The notes beneath the pieces were generated by a model, which was not told where the DNA came from, ran no database searches, and saw nothing but the letters and a program-made list of their open reading frames with translations. The translations under genes and the position numbers were made by a program. From contig CAWHHI010000012.1 of NCBI GenBank assembly GCA_963829055.1, positions 1 to 64,000 of the forward strand: a DNA stretch of 64,000 nt, in the 5' to 3' direction. This stretch comes from an uncultured Gemmatimonadaceae bacterium. GTDB lineage: Bacteria; Gemmatimonadota; Gemmatimonadetes; Gemmatimonadales; Gemmatimonadaceae. Shown one piece after another: positions 32,978 through 45,602 of this stretch (position 1 is the stretch's first letter; each line of letters starts with the position of its first letter).

Positions 32978-34579
32978 TCAGACGCCGACTTGCTCGGCGG
33001 GCAGAGGTGAATTGAAATACGGCGCCCGCGGGGTGTTCGGAGCAAACCACAACTGCCCTGTGCGCCTCGATGATGGCGCGGCAGATCGACAGACCCATGC
33101 CCATGCCGTCGGACTTGGTCGTGAACAGCGGGTTGAAGATGCGGTCGACGTCCTGCGACGTTGATTCCGGTTCCGGTGTCCGCAACCGATACGATCACGC
33201 GGTCCGTCCTCGTACAGCTCGGACTTCACGCTCAGGATTCTCGGCTCATCCTTCGCCGCCATCGCATCGATGGCGTTCATGATCAGATTGAGAAGCACCT
33301 GCTGAAGCTGAACCCGGTTTCCTCTGACTTCCGGCAGCTGCCTGTTCGGCTCGGCCTGGACGTGATCCGGTGCCTCTGCAGGTCGCCGCGCCGAGGGCCA
33401 GCGCTTCCTGAATGAGCTCGTTGAGGTCGAACGACGGTTCTGTCGCGCGACGTCGTTCTTGAAGTTCGCGCGAATGCTGCCGATTACGTCTCCCGCGCGA
33501 TGACCGTCGGCGACGATTCGCTGGAACGCCTCCTTGGCCTTGTCGAGGTTCGGAGTGGACCGGTCGAGAAAGCGCAAGCCCGCATCGGCAGTCGTGACCA
33601 TCGCGGTCAAGGGCTGCCGAACTTCGTGGGCGATCGACGCCGCCACGGCGTCCCCGGTCATCAAGCGCGCTTCACGTTCGCGACGCTGACGGAGCACGGC
33701 GCCGAGAAGCCCTGCGTACAGCGCCGTGATCTCGTACAGCAGGACCATCAGCACGATGCTGCTGGACAGCAAGCTCGTGACGCGCACCGCATACCAGCCG
33801 GTGCTGAAGCGAGCCGGAACGGGATAGTAGTGTGGAGGTATCTCGATCAGGTACGCGCACAACACGACCATCAGGAAAAGATCGAGAATCGATCGTCGTC
33901 GGAGCCAGAGCACGATGAGCGCCGAGATGCACAGCGAGGCGATCGGCGCGCCGACGACGTAAGGCCACTCCGGAACGAAACGGGTCGCGATCGAGCATGA
34001 TGCGGGGCAATAGGCTCGGCCTCGTATGCACAGCGAATGCTGCGCGCGTCGCGCTCGCTGCGTCCAGGCGACGCTCCGCAGGATCGCGGCCCCGACCTTG
34101 CCTTGCGACAACCGTCTGCTCGGATCCTCGTCCTTCGACAACGCATAGCCGATGACGAACAGCGGGAAGCCGCAGTGCCACAGGAGGTACAGCTGCGCCG
34201 AGGTCTGCAGGCCACCGACGACGCCGTTCGGCGCGAACACGCCTGGAAACGCGAGCACATACGGAACGATGAGCAGCGCGGTAAAGAGATATCCGCTCGC
34301 GATCACGAGAATGGCGCGCGAGCGCAGGATGGAAAACTGCGTGTACAGCAGAATCGCGGTGATCGAATCGGTCACGAACATCGCGGTCGTGTAGACCGCG
34401 ACGAACGAATGGACTTCAGGCAACTGCTTGCCACCGAACGGCCCGATAACCAGGTAGAGGGCGACGCACAGGCCGAGCACGATGCCGAGCAGCGAGTCGC
34501 TTCTGCGCCGGGCTCGGCGGAAGGTTCGAAAGAATGAAATCGTTGTTCTTCGGGGACGGTGGTGATCTGCTTTCAGCAT
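32978..34579 (-). CDS. MASE4-type membrane sensor histidine kinase (frameshifted)
   Basis: ITAILLYTQF membrane domain; SIAHEVRQPL; QQVLLNLIMNA; FTTKSDGMGMGL. Confidence 0.85.
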   Translation of the reverse strand: MLKADHHRPRRTTISFFRTFRRARRRSDSLLGIVLGLCVALYLVIGPFGGKQLPEVHSFVAVYTTAMFVTDSITAILLYTQFSILRSRAILVIASGYLFTALLIVPYVLAFPGVFAPNGVVGGLQTSAQLYLLWHCGFPLFVIGYALSKDEDPSRRLSQGKVGAAILRSVAWTQRARRAQHSLCIRGRAYCPASCSIATRFVPEWPYVVGAPIASLCISALIVLWLRRRSILDLFLMVVLCAYLIEIPPHYYPVPARFSTGWYAVRVTSLLSSSIVLMVLLYEITALYAGLLGAVLRQRREREARLMTGDAVAASIAHEVRQPLTAMVTTADAGLRFLDRSTPNLDKAKEAFQRIVADGHRAGDVIGSIRANFKNDVARQNRRSTSTSSFRKRWPSARRPAEAPDHVQAEPNRQLPEVRGNRVQLQQVLLNLIMNAIDAMAAKDEPRILSVKSELYEDGPRDRIGCGHRNRNQRRRTSTASSTRCSRPSPTAWAWVCRSAAPSSRRTGQLWFAPNTPRAPYFNSPLPAEQVGV

Positions 34580-34589
34580 CGCGGCGGCT

Positions 34590-35038
34590 TTATGAGGAAG
34601 ATCTCCACCAGCTGGTCGCCAGGCACGGATGGTACGCCCTAGCGCCGCGTTGTCGAGAAAACTGCGTTAGTGCCTCGTTGATCGGCGGAGAGAAGCTCTG
34701 GCCCTTGAAACGGTTTGGTGAAGAATCGGGCTGTCTCCCACCAAAACCCGGTAATCGGTTCAGCGTTTCGGGATAACCCGTGATGAGAATGGTAGGCAAC
34801 CCGGGGCGTGCGGCATGAACTTGTCGCAGCAGCTCGAAGCCTTCCATGCCGGGCACATCGATGTCCGAGATCAAACAATCGATCTTGGGCAGGCATCCAC
34901 TGTCCAGGAAATCCCTGCCGGAAGCGAACAGGCGCACGGCGTAATCCGCGGATTCGAGAAGGTATTCGAGCGACCGCAGCACGCTCTGGTCGTCATCGAC
35001 CACTGCGACGATTGACCAGGAAGAGCGCTTCAGCCATG
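34590..35038 (-). CDS. Single-domain response regulator
   Basis: VVDDD, CLISDI, LITG, FFTKPF; 3' end uncertain. Confidence 0.75.
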
Positions 35039-35169
35039 GAGTCCTCGGTGTGAAACGGACGATGTAGCCGCCCCAATTCTGTGCGGGTGCGGCGCCGGAG
35101 TAACTAATGGAAACCTATGATTGCCCGACACGATTGATCCGCGGACCATGCTTGGGAGCGAGAGGAACG

Positions 35170-35789
35170 TATGGCCGGCGTAGAACCAACTGTGTTCGTT
35201 GTGGACGACGACATTTCGGTGCGCGAATCATTGAAGTTGCTCATCGAGTCGGCCGGTTGGCTCCGGAAATATTCGGGTCCGGACATCAATTTCTGGCGCG
35301 TCCGCGCGTGCTGAAGCCGAGCTGCTTGCTGCTCGACTCCGTCCTCCCGGATATCAGTGGTTACGATCTCCAGAATCTGCTCGCCGATCGCACCGAAATG
35401 CCGATCATCTTCATCACCGGTTACGGCGATGTGCCGGCAACAACCCGTGCCATGAAAGCCGGCGCCGTGGATTTTTTACCAAGCCGATCGCCGACGACAT
35501 GCTTTTGCAAGCGATTCGTGACGCGATCGACCGAAGCACGGAAGTGCTGAGCAACACCGAGCACATGCGAGTGCTCAGGGACAGCTACGCATCGCTCAGC
35601 AGTCGGCAACGGGAGGTAATGGCGCTCGTCGTCAGTGGCTGTTTGAACAAGCAGGCGGGAGGCGAGCTCGGAATCAGCGAAATCACCGTGAAGGCGCATC
35701 GCGGCGAAGTGATGCGCAAGATGAACGCCGCTTCCTTGCCCGATCTCGTGAGAATGGCCGCGCGGCTCGGCCTCCAGGACGCACGTTAG
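35170..35789 (+). CDS. FixJ/NodW-type response regulator (frameshifted)
   Basis: FVVDDD, IIFITGYGD, LNKQAGGELGISEITVKAHRG. Confidence 0.85.
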
Positions 35790-35814
35790 GCGCGGTGCCG
35801 CCGATCAGACGTCA

Positions 35815-36920
35815 TCAGCCGAATGTGAACGCGTAGCCCGCTACGCCTGCATCCAGAAACTCGATTTCAACTCGCCGCTCGGTGATCAGTAGCGGCTGAC
35901 GAATCAACTGGTACAGCCGCTGATATGTCAATGTGCCATTGCCCTGCTCGTCGACGTCGAAGCCGTGCGCTGCGCCTGCCGACTGGCCATCGATGAGCAC
36001 CCGAAAGTCGATAGACTTCCCCGGCGTCGTTGGTCCCATGACGAGATTCACGTCCCGCGCGTGAAACTGAAGCACGACGCGGCCGCTCGCCATCGTTCAA
36101 CACGACTGGCTCGTTCTCGAACGTCCAGCGGCCGGTGAGCGCCCACTGATTGAGCTTTAGCTGCGTAGGCGCGGTATAGGCGTGCGCGTTGCCCGCGCAC
36201 GGCGCCACCCGGCGACGCAAAGCTCTGGGTGCGGGCTCCCGAGGTAGCTCTCGGGCGACCGCAGGTCGTCCAAATCGGCTGCCACCTCAGCACCGCGCGG
36301 GTCCGCGGCGATCAGGTCGCCACTAACGTCTCTGGCGCCTGCCTCCGTTCAATAGCTGTTGCAGAACGCGCTCGGATTCGTTATACGCGCCCTCGCCGAA
36401 GTGGTGGTGCCGAATACGACCCATGGCATCCACGAGGAGTACAGCGCTGGCCAGTAATTGTTTCGAAAACGCGTTCCAGACCGCGTACTCGTTGTCGATC
36501 GCGATCGGATAGCTGACTCGCATGTCTTGCGCCGCGCGGCGGAGGTTGCCGATGTTGTGCTCGAATGAGAACTCAGGAGTGTGCACACCAAGCACGACCA
36601 GGCCCTGGTCCCGGTATTTCTCCGCCCACGCGCGGACATACGGTAGCTGCCGCAGCCAGTTGATGCAGGTGTACGTCCAGAAGTTGACGAGCACCACCTT
36701 CCCGCGACGCGCCGGCGGTCGTCAAAGGCGGCGAATTGAGCCACGCGCTTGCGGTCCGCAGCGAGGCGAGCTGGCCTTCACTGGCAGCGTTTCGCTCGAG
36801 CGCGTCGTCTGGTGTGCGAAACGAGGTAGAGGCCGAGTCCAATGCCGGCCATGGCAGCGGCTCCTGCGCCCAAGAGGCGGCGGCGGTCGTGATCGATGGA
36901 GTGTGACTTATCGATGTGTC
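35815..36920 (-). CDS. DipZ-like thioredoxin protein (frameshifted)
   Basis: VLVNFWTYTCINW, GVHTPEF, QRLYQLIRQ, AFTFG; RRRLLG Tat-like leader. Confidence 0.85.
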
Positions 36921-36964
36921 GGTGTTGCCAATCCGGTTGTGGTCGAGCTACTCGATCCGCAGGC

Positions 36965-38035
36965 TCTGCTCCATCGCGTAGCACTACATCTACGACATAG
37001 ACGTCGAATGCGGCGAGCCGCGTCGACCACTCGGGCGTGAGGGCGTTCGACGCACTGACCACGACACGGTCGATGTAGTTGTCGAAGACCGCCCACGGGT
37101 TGGACACTGGTCGACGCGGGTCCGATATCCTACGCCGGGCTTGGTGCGTAGCCAGCGCCGTCCTGCCGCCTGCTTCACGTCCTCCAATGAACTCGGCCTG
37201 GACGTCCACGTCGGCATTGGTACCCGTGCGGCGCGACGTGGCCACCCACCAGCGTGTCCCAGTCCAGCTTCGCGGATCTCTTCGACCTGGGCGAAATAAG
37301 CCTGGAACGTCCTGGGCGACGCGCGAACCGGCGCCACGGCATCCAGCCCGGGAAGACCACGTCGACGACCATCAGCACCCGCTGCGCGGGCGCGGAGATG
37401 AAGATGTTCCCGGCTCGTGCCCGTTGCCGTGGTACGAGAGCTCGAGCACCTGGCCGCCGACGCGCGAGCGTGTAACGGTCGGCGGAACGTCACCGTCGGC
37501 AGCGGCCGGTTCGGATCCGCGACGCGCGTGAGCAGCCGGAGCGGTCTCCTCGTGCGCGATGATGACGGGCTGACCGCCAAGGCCTTCGCTGCCGCCGATG
37601 TGATCGATGTGCGAGTGGCTGTAGACGACGTGCGTGATCGGCTTGGTCGTGACTTCGGCGATGGCCTGCGGAATGTGCGCCGCGTAGACTGGGGGCGCAT
37701 CGATCACCACGACGCCGTTTTCGTGCACCAGGAACATCGACTGGTACGCGCCTTCGGTCAGCATGTGAAGGCCGCTCCCGAGGTCCTGGCAGGCGGTAAC
37801 CTTTGGCCGGGATCGATGGCCGGCCCCTGGGCCGACGCGGGCACGTCCATGTACTTGCCGGTCCTTTCCCCGATTGGCGCGATCACGGGCATCTGCGGAT
37901 ACGGCTCTCCCACCGCCCCCTGAACGCTACCCTCTTCGCGTGATGCCGCCTTGGTGTCGGCGACGCACCCACAGATGCTCGCGACGGCATGCCTAACGTG
38001 ATGGCACGAGCGGCGACTCCGACTGCGGTTGACAT
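36965..38035 (-). CDS. MBL-fold metallo-hydrolase (frameshifted)
   Basis: VVIDAP, YSHSHIDHIGG, GNGHEPG, VDVVFPGW, LVGGH. Confidence 0.8.
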
Positions 38036-38329
38036 GTGATTCACCAGTGTGAATGTGTGACCTTATGGACTGGGAGGACTCGGTGCCTAACACACGAAGG
38101 CGACATTACCCGAAACCGATGCGCCGCTCTATTGCACGATGGTATCGACCGGACAGGCGGCATTGGCGCCAGGGCGTACGAGAGAGGCCCCGGCGCGACT
38201 GGCGGAGGCTCTCTCGTAAGTGCCGCGTCAACTGGCTGCTGGCAGTGCGCGCAGCGTGGAGGATCGAGGCGTTAGGCTTGCCATGCTGTAGCCGTCCCGC
38301 GGCGGCGTGACGTGCGTCGCCCGATCGGC

Positions 38330-38700
38330 GGCAGCGACAGCTCGAGTCCATCGCCATCGTAACCAGGTCGGCCAGCGATTCCGCCCGCATTTGCGCATCA
38401 CCTTCCGGGGTGTGCCTCACGGTGATCTCGCTGATACCTAACGCCGCACCGACCTGCTGTTCAGTGGCCGCGACCCGCGCCATCACCTCCTGTTCGCGGC
38501 TGCGTGAGGCATCCGTCCGGAGTTCGATCAACGTGTTCCTCACTGAGCACCGGCGGCTCGGGCGATCGCGTGACCAATGGCGCCGAGGAGCACATCGTCG
38601 CCAGTGGCTTCAACAGAAACTCGGTCGCGCCCGCCTCATCGCCCGATCGGTCGTCGAATGTCACTCTCACCAGTGACCACGATCACCGGCGTCTCCCTGC
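38330..38700 (-). pseudogene. Degraded FixJ-type regulator remnant
   Basis: AGATEFLLKP; LGISEITV; MRAESLADLVTMA. Confidence 0.6.
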
Positions 38701-38898
38701 GCTCGCCAGCGACGCGCCGCAGCAGTCGAACCTGGAGCTCGAACCCGGCAACATCCAGCCCAGCAGCGGAACAGCAGCGCCGGACGCGCGAGAAGCTCGG
38801 TGACGGATCCGAATGTCGTTAGCAGGCTACCGCGACGGCGACCTGACGGATTCAATGGCACGGGATCGAGGGAGTCGGCGAGATGCCGCTCCCGGCGC

Positions 38899-39304
38899 TC
38901 ACTTGACCAGCGCGACGAGCGGCTTCCCTTTTTCAACGATATACGTGGCGAGCTCCGTCGCCTTACGGTTGCCGGTGTTCTTCGCCGCGTGGATCGTTCC
39001 GCCGGGATGAACAAGGCCTCGCCGGCCTGGAGCGTCACCGGCGGCTTGCCCTCTCGACCTGATACTCCAGCGAGCCTTCGAGGACGTAGGCGATCTCTTG
39101 GCCCGGATTGCGTGTGCTCTGTGCCGAACGCCACTCCCGGTCGAGCTCGACGCGCACCTGGACGACCTCGCGTCCGGGGACGCCGAGATCGTGCCGCTGG
39201 AGCTCGGTGCGCCTGATTCCCGTCTGCTGCGCCCGCGCCACGTACAGCGCCAGACCGCTTCCGGCGATCAGCACCGCTACCGCTACGATTCGCTTCGTTT
39301 TCAT
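38899..39304 (-). CDS. Secreted cupin domain protein (frameshifted)
   Basis: GIRRTELQRHDLGVPGREVVQVRV; AYVLEGSLEY; GEALFIP. Confidence 0.8.
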
Positions 39305-39314
39305 CTGGACCCCT

Positions 39315-40734
39315 CTACCGCAACGACTTGAACGCCGCACGCAGCTCCGCCGCGAACAGCTCCGGGTGCTCCCACATGGCGAAGTGGCCGCCCCGGTCGG
39401 CCTCGTGGAAGTAGATCAGGTTGGGGAAGGCGCGCCGGGCCCACGTCTCCGGGGCGCGAAAGATCTCGTCCGGAAACACCGTGATGGCCACCGGGACCGT
39501 GATCTCGTCGGTCTTCTGGGCGCCCGCACTGATCAGGTTCGGTCCCGGTTCTCCCAGTAGAGCCGCGCCGACGAGGCGGCGGTGTTCGTCAGCCAGTACA
39601 GCGAGAAGTTGTCCAGCACGTCGTCTCTCGTCGGCGACTGTTGGGATCCTTGCCGTACGTCCACTTCGCGAACCCCCGGTGCACGAGCATCCACCCCGCG
39701 AGGCCGGCGGGGGAGTCCGTCAGGCCGTAGCCGACGGCCTGCGGCCGCGCGCCCATCATCGTCAGGTAGGCCAGGCCCCCGTTCTGGACGATACGCTCCC
39801 AGGTCGTCGAACGCCGCGCGTTCCTTCTCGGAGAGTCGCCGCCGCGCGGACCCGCGCCGCCGAGCGCCGCCGCCTACGTCGGGCGTGAATCACCGCCGGC
39901 AAGTTGGTGTGGATGCCGAGCAGTCCTGCCGGCGCCTGCCGCCCCATCGCCTGGACGACCCCGCGCCCCAGTCGCCGCCCTGCGCGACGTAGCGCGTGTA
40001 CCCCAGCCGCTTCATGAGGACGTCCCACGCGCGGCCGATGCGCTCCAGCCCCCAGCCCGCCTCGGTCGGCCGCGCCGAGAAGCCGAAGCCCGGCAGCGAC
40101 GGGATCACGACGTCGAAGGCGTCCTCCGCCCGGCCGCCGTACGTCGTCGGATCGGTGAGCGGACCGATGAGCTTGATCTGCTCGAAGACCGAGCCCGGCC
40201 ACCCGTGCGTGATGATCAGCGGCAGCGCGTTCGGGTGGCGCGAGCGGACGTGGATGAAGTGGATGTCCACGCCGTCGATGTTCGTCATGAACTGCGGGAA
40301 GGCGTTGAGCTTCGCCTCGGCCTTGCGCCAGTCGTAGTCGGTCGCCCCAGTAGCGGACGAGCTCCTGGAGCGTTCGCGAGCTGCACGCCCTGCGACTGAT
40401 CGGCGACCGTCTCCTTGTCGGGCCAGCGGGTCGCCGCGAGCCGCCGGCGGAGGTCGGCGAGGTCCTCGTCCGACACGCTGACGCGGAAGGGCGGATGGAC
40501 GTGTCGGTTCGCCAGGGTTGTCCGCCGCGACGGCGCCGGTGGCGAGCTCGCCAGAACTTGCTCCGAGCACTGGCGCGCGAGCGTTGCGAGCGCGGTGACT
40601 TCGGTGTGCGCGGTTCGCTGACAGCGACGCGGAAAGGCAAGCTGAAGGCCCAGCGAAAGGAATGACGGCAATGGTGACTGTTCAGCGACTCCGCGAAGGA
40701 GGTGAGAGTGGTCGTAGTTGTTCGTGCGAAGCAC
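39315..40734 (-). CDS. Epoxide hydrolase, EHN + alpha/beta hydrolase (frameshifted)
   Basis: IHFIHVRS, THGWPGS, PSLPGFGFS, QGGDWG, GGHFA; start approximate. Confidence 0.85.
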
Positions 40735-40782
40735 GTGCTGTCGCGTGTCAACGCAGACCGGACCGCCGGCGGACGATGCGCA

Positions 40783-42218
40783 TCAGACACGCGCGATCGT
40801 ATGGAGACCGCTTCGAGAGCGAACGACTTGAACGCCGCACGCAGTTCTGCACGCGAAGAGCTGCGGCTGCTCCCACGCCGCGAAGTGGCCGCCCTTGTCG
40901 AGCTTGTTGTAGTAGATGAGCTTGGGATAGGCCCGCTCGGTCCAGCTCCGCGGAGCCTCGTATTGCTCGCCGGGAAAGACGCTCACGGCCACCGGAATGG
41001 CGACGCCCTTGGCGTTGAAGAAGCCGCCCTTGTATTCCCAATAGAGACGAGACGCAGAGACGCCCGTGTTCGTCAGCCAGTAGAGCGTGATGTTGTCGAG
41101 GATCTCGTCGCGCGTCAGTTCGCCGGTGGCGCTCGTGGTCCGGTTCAGCGCCGAGGCGACCGCCGCCGCCGGCTGGCCATCGGCGTCATTGTGGTCGAGA
41201 AGCCAGGCGGCGAGGCCGACGGGTGAATCCGCAATGCCGTACAGGGTTTGCGGACGCGACGCCATCAGCCTCGCGTAGTCGACTTGCTTGAACGTTCGGA
41301 CCAGCTGCTCGTACGCGCGCTGTTCGTCGGCTGAGAGACCCGACGGCGCCGGGCCGCCGGCCAGGAGCGCCTTGTCGACGTCAGCTGGAACGGTGGCCGG
41401 CATGTTGGTGTGGATGGCGAGCAATCCCGCAGGCGCCTGCAAGCCCATCTGGTCGACGACAAACGCGCCCCAGTCGCCGCCCTGGGCGACGTAGCGCGTG
41501 TAGCCGAGGCGCTTCATCAGCTCTGCCCACGCTCGGCCCATGCGCTCGGGGCCCCAGCCGGTGCTCGTCGGCTTGCCGGAGAAGCCGTAGCCCGGCATCG
41601 ACGGGATGACGACATCGAAGGCGTCCGCCGCCTTGCCGCCGTGCGCCGTCGGATCGGTCAGCGGATCGATGATCTTCATCTGCTCGAGGACCGAGCCGGG
41701 CCAGCCGTGCGTGACGATCAGCGGCAGCGCATTCTCGTGCTTCGACCGAACGTGGATGAAATGAATGTCCAGCCCGTCGATCGTCGGTGATGAACTGCGG
41801 CAAGGCGTTCAGCTTCGCCTCCACCTTGCGCCAGTCGTAGTCCGTCGCCCAGTAGCGCGCGAGTTCCCGCATCGTCGCGAGCGGCACGCCCTGCGAGTGA
41901 TCGGTGACGGTCTCCTTTTCGGGCCATTGCGTGGCGGCGATGCGCCGGCGGAGGTCGGTGAGTGCGTCCTCCGGAATGTTGACGCGGAAGGGGCGGATCG
42001 AGACGTCTTCCGCCGCTGCGCGGAGCGTCCCCCGGGGAGTGCTGATGGCCGCGGCGGCAGCCGTACGGCCAGTAGTTCGCGCCGTGTGGGCGATAGCGAT
42101 ATTGCTGAATGAATCTCCTGTGTTTCGATCCATTCCGATGCCGTGCACAGATCGACGTACCGGAAGGCAAAACTGCTAAACGATGGTATTGGCAATACTT
42201 GGGTGGCGGAATCTTCAT
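40783..42218 (-). CDS. Epoxide hydrolase (frameshifted)
   Basis: AGGAGG RBS; TRRELL leader; QGGDWG; KGGHFAAWEQP. Confidence 0.88.
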
Positions 42219-42634
42219 GGTTGAACCTCCTTGCCGGGCGAATAGAACGTCGCCGTTTGTCCGGTAAAGACGTTGCCCTCGGCGTCACCAACTCGACCGT
42301 ACCTTGTGCTGGCCGCGCGGAATGCCCACGAGGATAATGGTGTTGCTCTGACCGTAGTCCGCCCCGCCAAGGCAGATCGTCGACGGTGAAGGGGCGGATG
42401 CCCGATCCGCGGCGAACTGCGGCGGCGCGCCGGCCGGCAGGGATGCGAGGTTTCCGGGGCTGCCATCCCTGAGCCAGGGGGTGGGGAGCGGCGATCGCGA
42501 TCATCCTGGGCTGGCGAGCGTCCTCGCTGAGCTAGGTATCATTGCCTTTCTCTCGCGCTTGGAGATTCGCTAGCGGGCTAATCGCCAGGCGGGGGGTGAC
42601 GCGCACGTCCGGCGCGTCACCCTCCGCCCAACCT

Positions 42635-43984
42635 TCACGTCCGCAACGTCTTGAACGATGCGCGCACCTCATCGGTGAAGTAGCTCTCGGCTGCTCCCAC
42701 GCCGCGAAGTGGCCGCCCTTTGGGGAGCGTGCTGTAATGCAGATCAGCTTCGGGATACGCGCGCTCGGCCCAGCTCTTCGGCGCGGCGTAGATCTCGTCG
42801 GGAAAGACGGTCACGGCGACCGGGATCGTGACGTTCCTCGGCGTCGAAGAAGCCCGCCTTCGCCGTTTGCTGGTGTCCCAGTAGAGGCGGGCCGACGAGA
42901 TCGCCGTGTTCGTCAGCCAGTAGAGCGTGATGTTGTCGAGAATGTCGTCCGGCGTGAGGCCCTCGGGCTGTCCGTCGAAGACGCGCGCGATGAGCGCGTA
43001 ACTGCGCGCGTCGTGGTCGAGCATCCACGCCGCCAGCCCGACCGGTGAATCCGCGATCGCGTAGAGCGTCTGCGGACGGAGCGCCATCTCGTTGGCGTAG
43101 CCCAGGCCGTTCTTGTAGAAGAAGTCGAGCTGGTCCCACGCGTTGCGTTCGTCAGCCGAGAGGGTCGACGGCGGCGGCTCGCCGCATCGCGAGCGCCTTC
43201 GCGATCTCGGGCGGAACCGTCGCCGCCATGTTGGTGGAAATGCCGAGCAATTCCGGCGGCGCCTGCAGCGCCATCTGCTCCGAGACGGCATTGCCCCAGT
43301 CGCCGCCCTGCGCCACGAATCTCGTGTAGCCGAGGCGCTTCATCAGCGTCGTCCACGCGCGTGCGATGCGCGGCGGATCCCACCCGGGCGCCGTCGGCTT
43401 GCCCGAAAATCCGTAGCCCGGCAGCGACGGGATCACGACGTCGAACGCGTCCTCGGCCTTGCCGCCGTGCGCAGTCGGATCGGTGAGCGGGTCGATGATC
43501 TTCAACTGCTCGATGATCGAGCCGGGCCAGCCGTGCGTGATGATCACCGGCAGCGCATTCATTTGCTTCGACCTCACGTGAATGAAGTGAATGTCGAGCC
43601 CGTCGATCTCGGTGATGAATTGCGGGAGCGCGTTCAGCTTCGCCTCGCACTTGCGCCAGTCGTAGTCCGTGGCCCAGTAGCGCGCGAGCTTCTGCATCGT
43701 CGCGAGCTGCACACCCTGCGATTCATCATTGACCGTTTCTCGCTCCGGCCACTTTGTCGCCGTGATGCGCCGGCGAAGGTCCGTGAGATCCGCCTTCGAA
43801 ACGGTGACACGAAACGGACGGATCTCGGTTTGCTCTCTGCCCGTTTCGACTGCCGTCATCACGTCAGTCATGGCGTTCACCCTCCTGAGGGAGACGCGAG
43901 CAGACCGCGTTGGCCTGCGGCAACGGTTGCCGCTGCTGCAGTAAGGAAGCGACGTCGGTCGAGGTTGCCCTGCGTTTCTGACAT
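42635..43984 (-). CDS. Epoxide hydrolase (frameshifted)
   Basis: DRRRFL Tat leader; YDWRKCE, THGWPGS, QGGDWG. Confidence 0.88.
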
Positions 43985-44879
43985 ACGAGTGGCCTCCCGG
44001 CCCCGGCGAGATGGACGGCTCCGAGTTCGATCGCCGTGTGCCCCGCGCGATGGCCAATGCGCTCCGGGGCCCAAGCAATCTTCCGCGACGAGGAGTCTTG
44101 GCCTCCATTCGATGGTATCGATCGATACGTAGCATTCCGTCCCACAATGGCAGCTGACCACCGCGCCTAACGTCACCGCCGCGCCCTGGGAATGGCCTAT
44201 GTGTAGCCAGAGCTCGCCGACGCGGTGCGCCATGCCGACGCGTGCCTCAGGCTCGATGTCGCCGCACTCGAGCGCTTGAGTGAACCAGCGCGCCACCGAC
44301 CGAGCGAAGGCGGTTTTGATTCGAGCCCGTCCTGGGCCCGGTCGCGCCGGTGGCGCTGATCACCGTGAGAGCAGCGATATGTTGTGCTCCCGTCGCTCTC
44401 GACGGCAAAGGCTAGTCGACTGCACATGAGGCGATGGACTGCTTACCGATCATCATTCTGCGCGCCGAACTTCTGCCCGCGCGAACGCGCGTTGCGCACG
44501 GCCCAAACGGGGCGTGGCGAGTGCCGACGTTAGGCAGCAGTTGTCGAGCGAAGCACCACGGAAAGTGCGTAGACTGAACGCGGCGCCGACCACGAATGCC
44601 AGCCGGGCAAGCTGGCCTTGGCCAGTCGTGGTTCCGACGACTCCCCTCGCGACTGGCACACGCCGGATGCATGCGCACTCTCGCAAACGTGCGTGTTCAC
44701 AAGGGCTTACATTCGCCCCTTCCCACGACTTCACGCCCAGCGGGTCCGCACTACCGTCGTCGTCAATGCCGTTGGGGACCGTTGGGGACCCGTTCCGACG
44801 CCTCAAAACGAGACGAGCGGCGACCGCTTCGTTAGGCGGCCACCGCTCGCAATTCGTTATCCGACAATCACCTATGCAG

Positions 44880-44952
<73 letters not shown>

Positions 44953-45016
44953 GAACGTCAGGTAGGTTAACCCGCCGACCAGACCGGAACAAGCCGCCCG
45001 CCTCGCGCGAATAATA

Positions 45017-45052
45017 CTTTGTGTTGACAAAGCAAATCATATATCGCATCCT
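45017..45052 (+). promoter_or_regulatory. Sigma70-type promoter with palindromic operator for the MarR gene
   Basis: TTGACA at 45024 inside CTTTGT-N4-ACAAAG inverted repeat; weak -10. Confidence 0.5.
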
Positions 45053-45059
45053 TGGCCCC

Positions 45060-45600
45060 ATGGCCGTCCGCTCCAGCGACGACTTCATCACGCTGTACTC
45101 GCAGATCTACTTCGCCTGCCACACGCGGCACGTCCGCGACCCCGAGTCCGGGACGCGCGTGAGCGCGCGACAGGCCAGCATTCTCAGCCACCTCGACTCC
45201 GTCGAGCCGACGCCCATGACGCAGCTCGCCGACCACATGGGCGTCACCGTCTCCACCATGTCCATCGCCGTCGATCGCCTCGTCCGCCAGGGCTACGTCG
45301 TACGCGCCCGCGCGGATACCGACGGACGGGTCCGCCATATCCGACTCACAGCGGCGGGTGAGCGCCTGCGCGCCGCACAAAAAGTCCTCGACCCACGGCT
45401 CGTGCGCTCAATGCTCTCACACCTCTCCCCCGCCGACCGACGCGACGCACTGCGGGGCCTCGAACTGTTGGGAGCGGCCGCTCGCGAACAGACGAAGGTG
45501 CGCCGCAACAGCGGTGATGGCGGTGACCGGAGGACTCGCTCGCCGTCCGACGACAGAAACCCACTGCCTAACCCGTTTCCCGAACAACCGCGGAGGCTCG
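45060..45600 (+). CDS. MarR family regulator (3' end unclear)
   Basis: QASILSHL...LADHMGVTVSTMS...VDRLVRQGYV...DGRVRHIRLTAAG. Confidence 0.85.
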
Positions 45601-45602
45601 CC

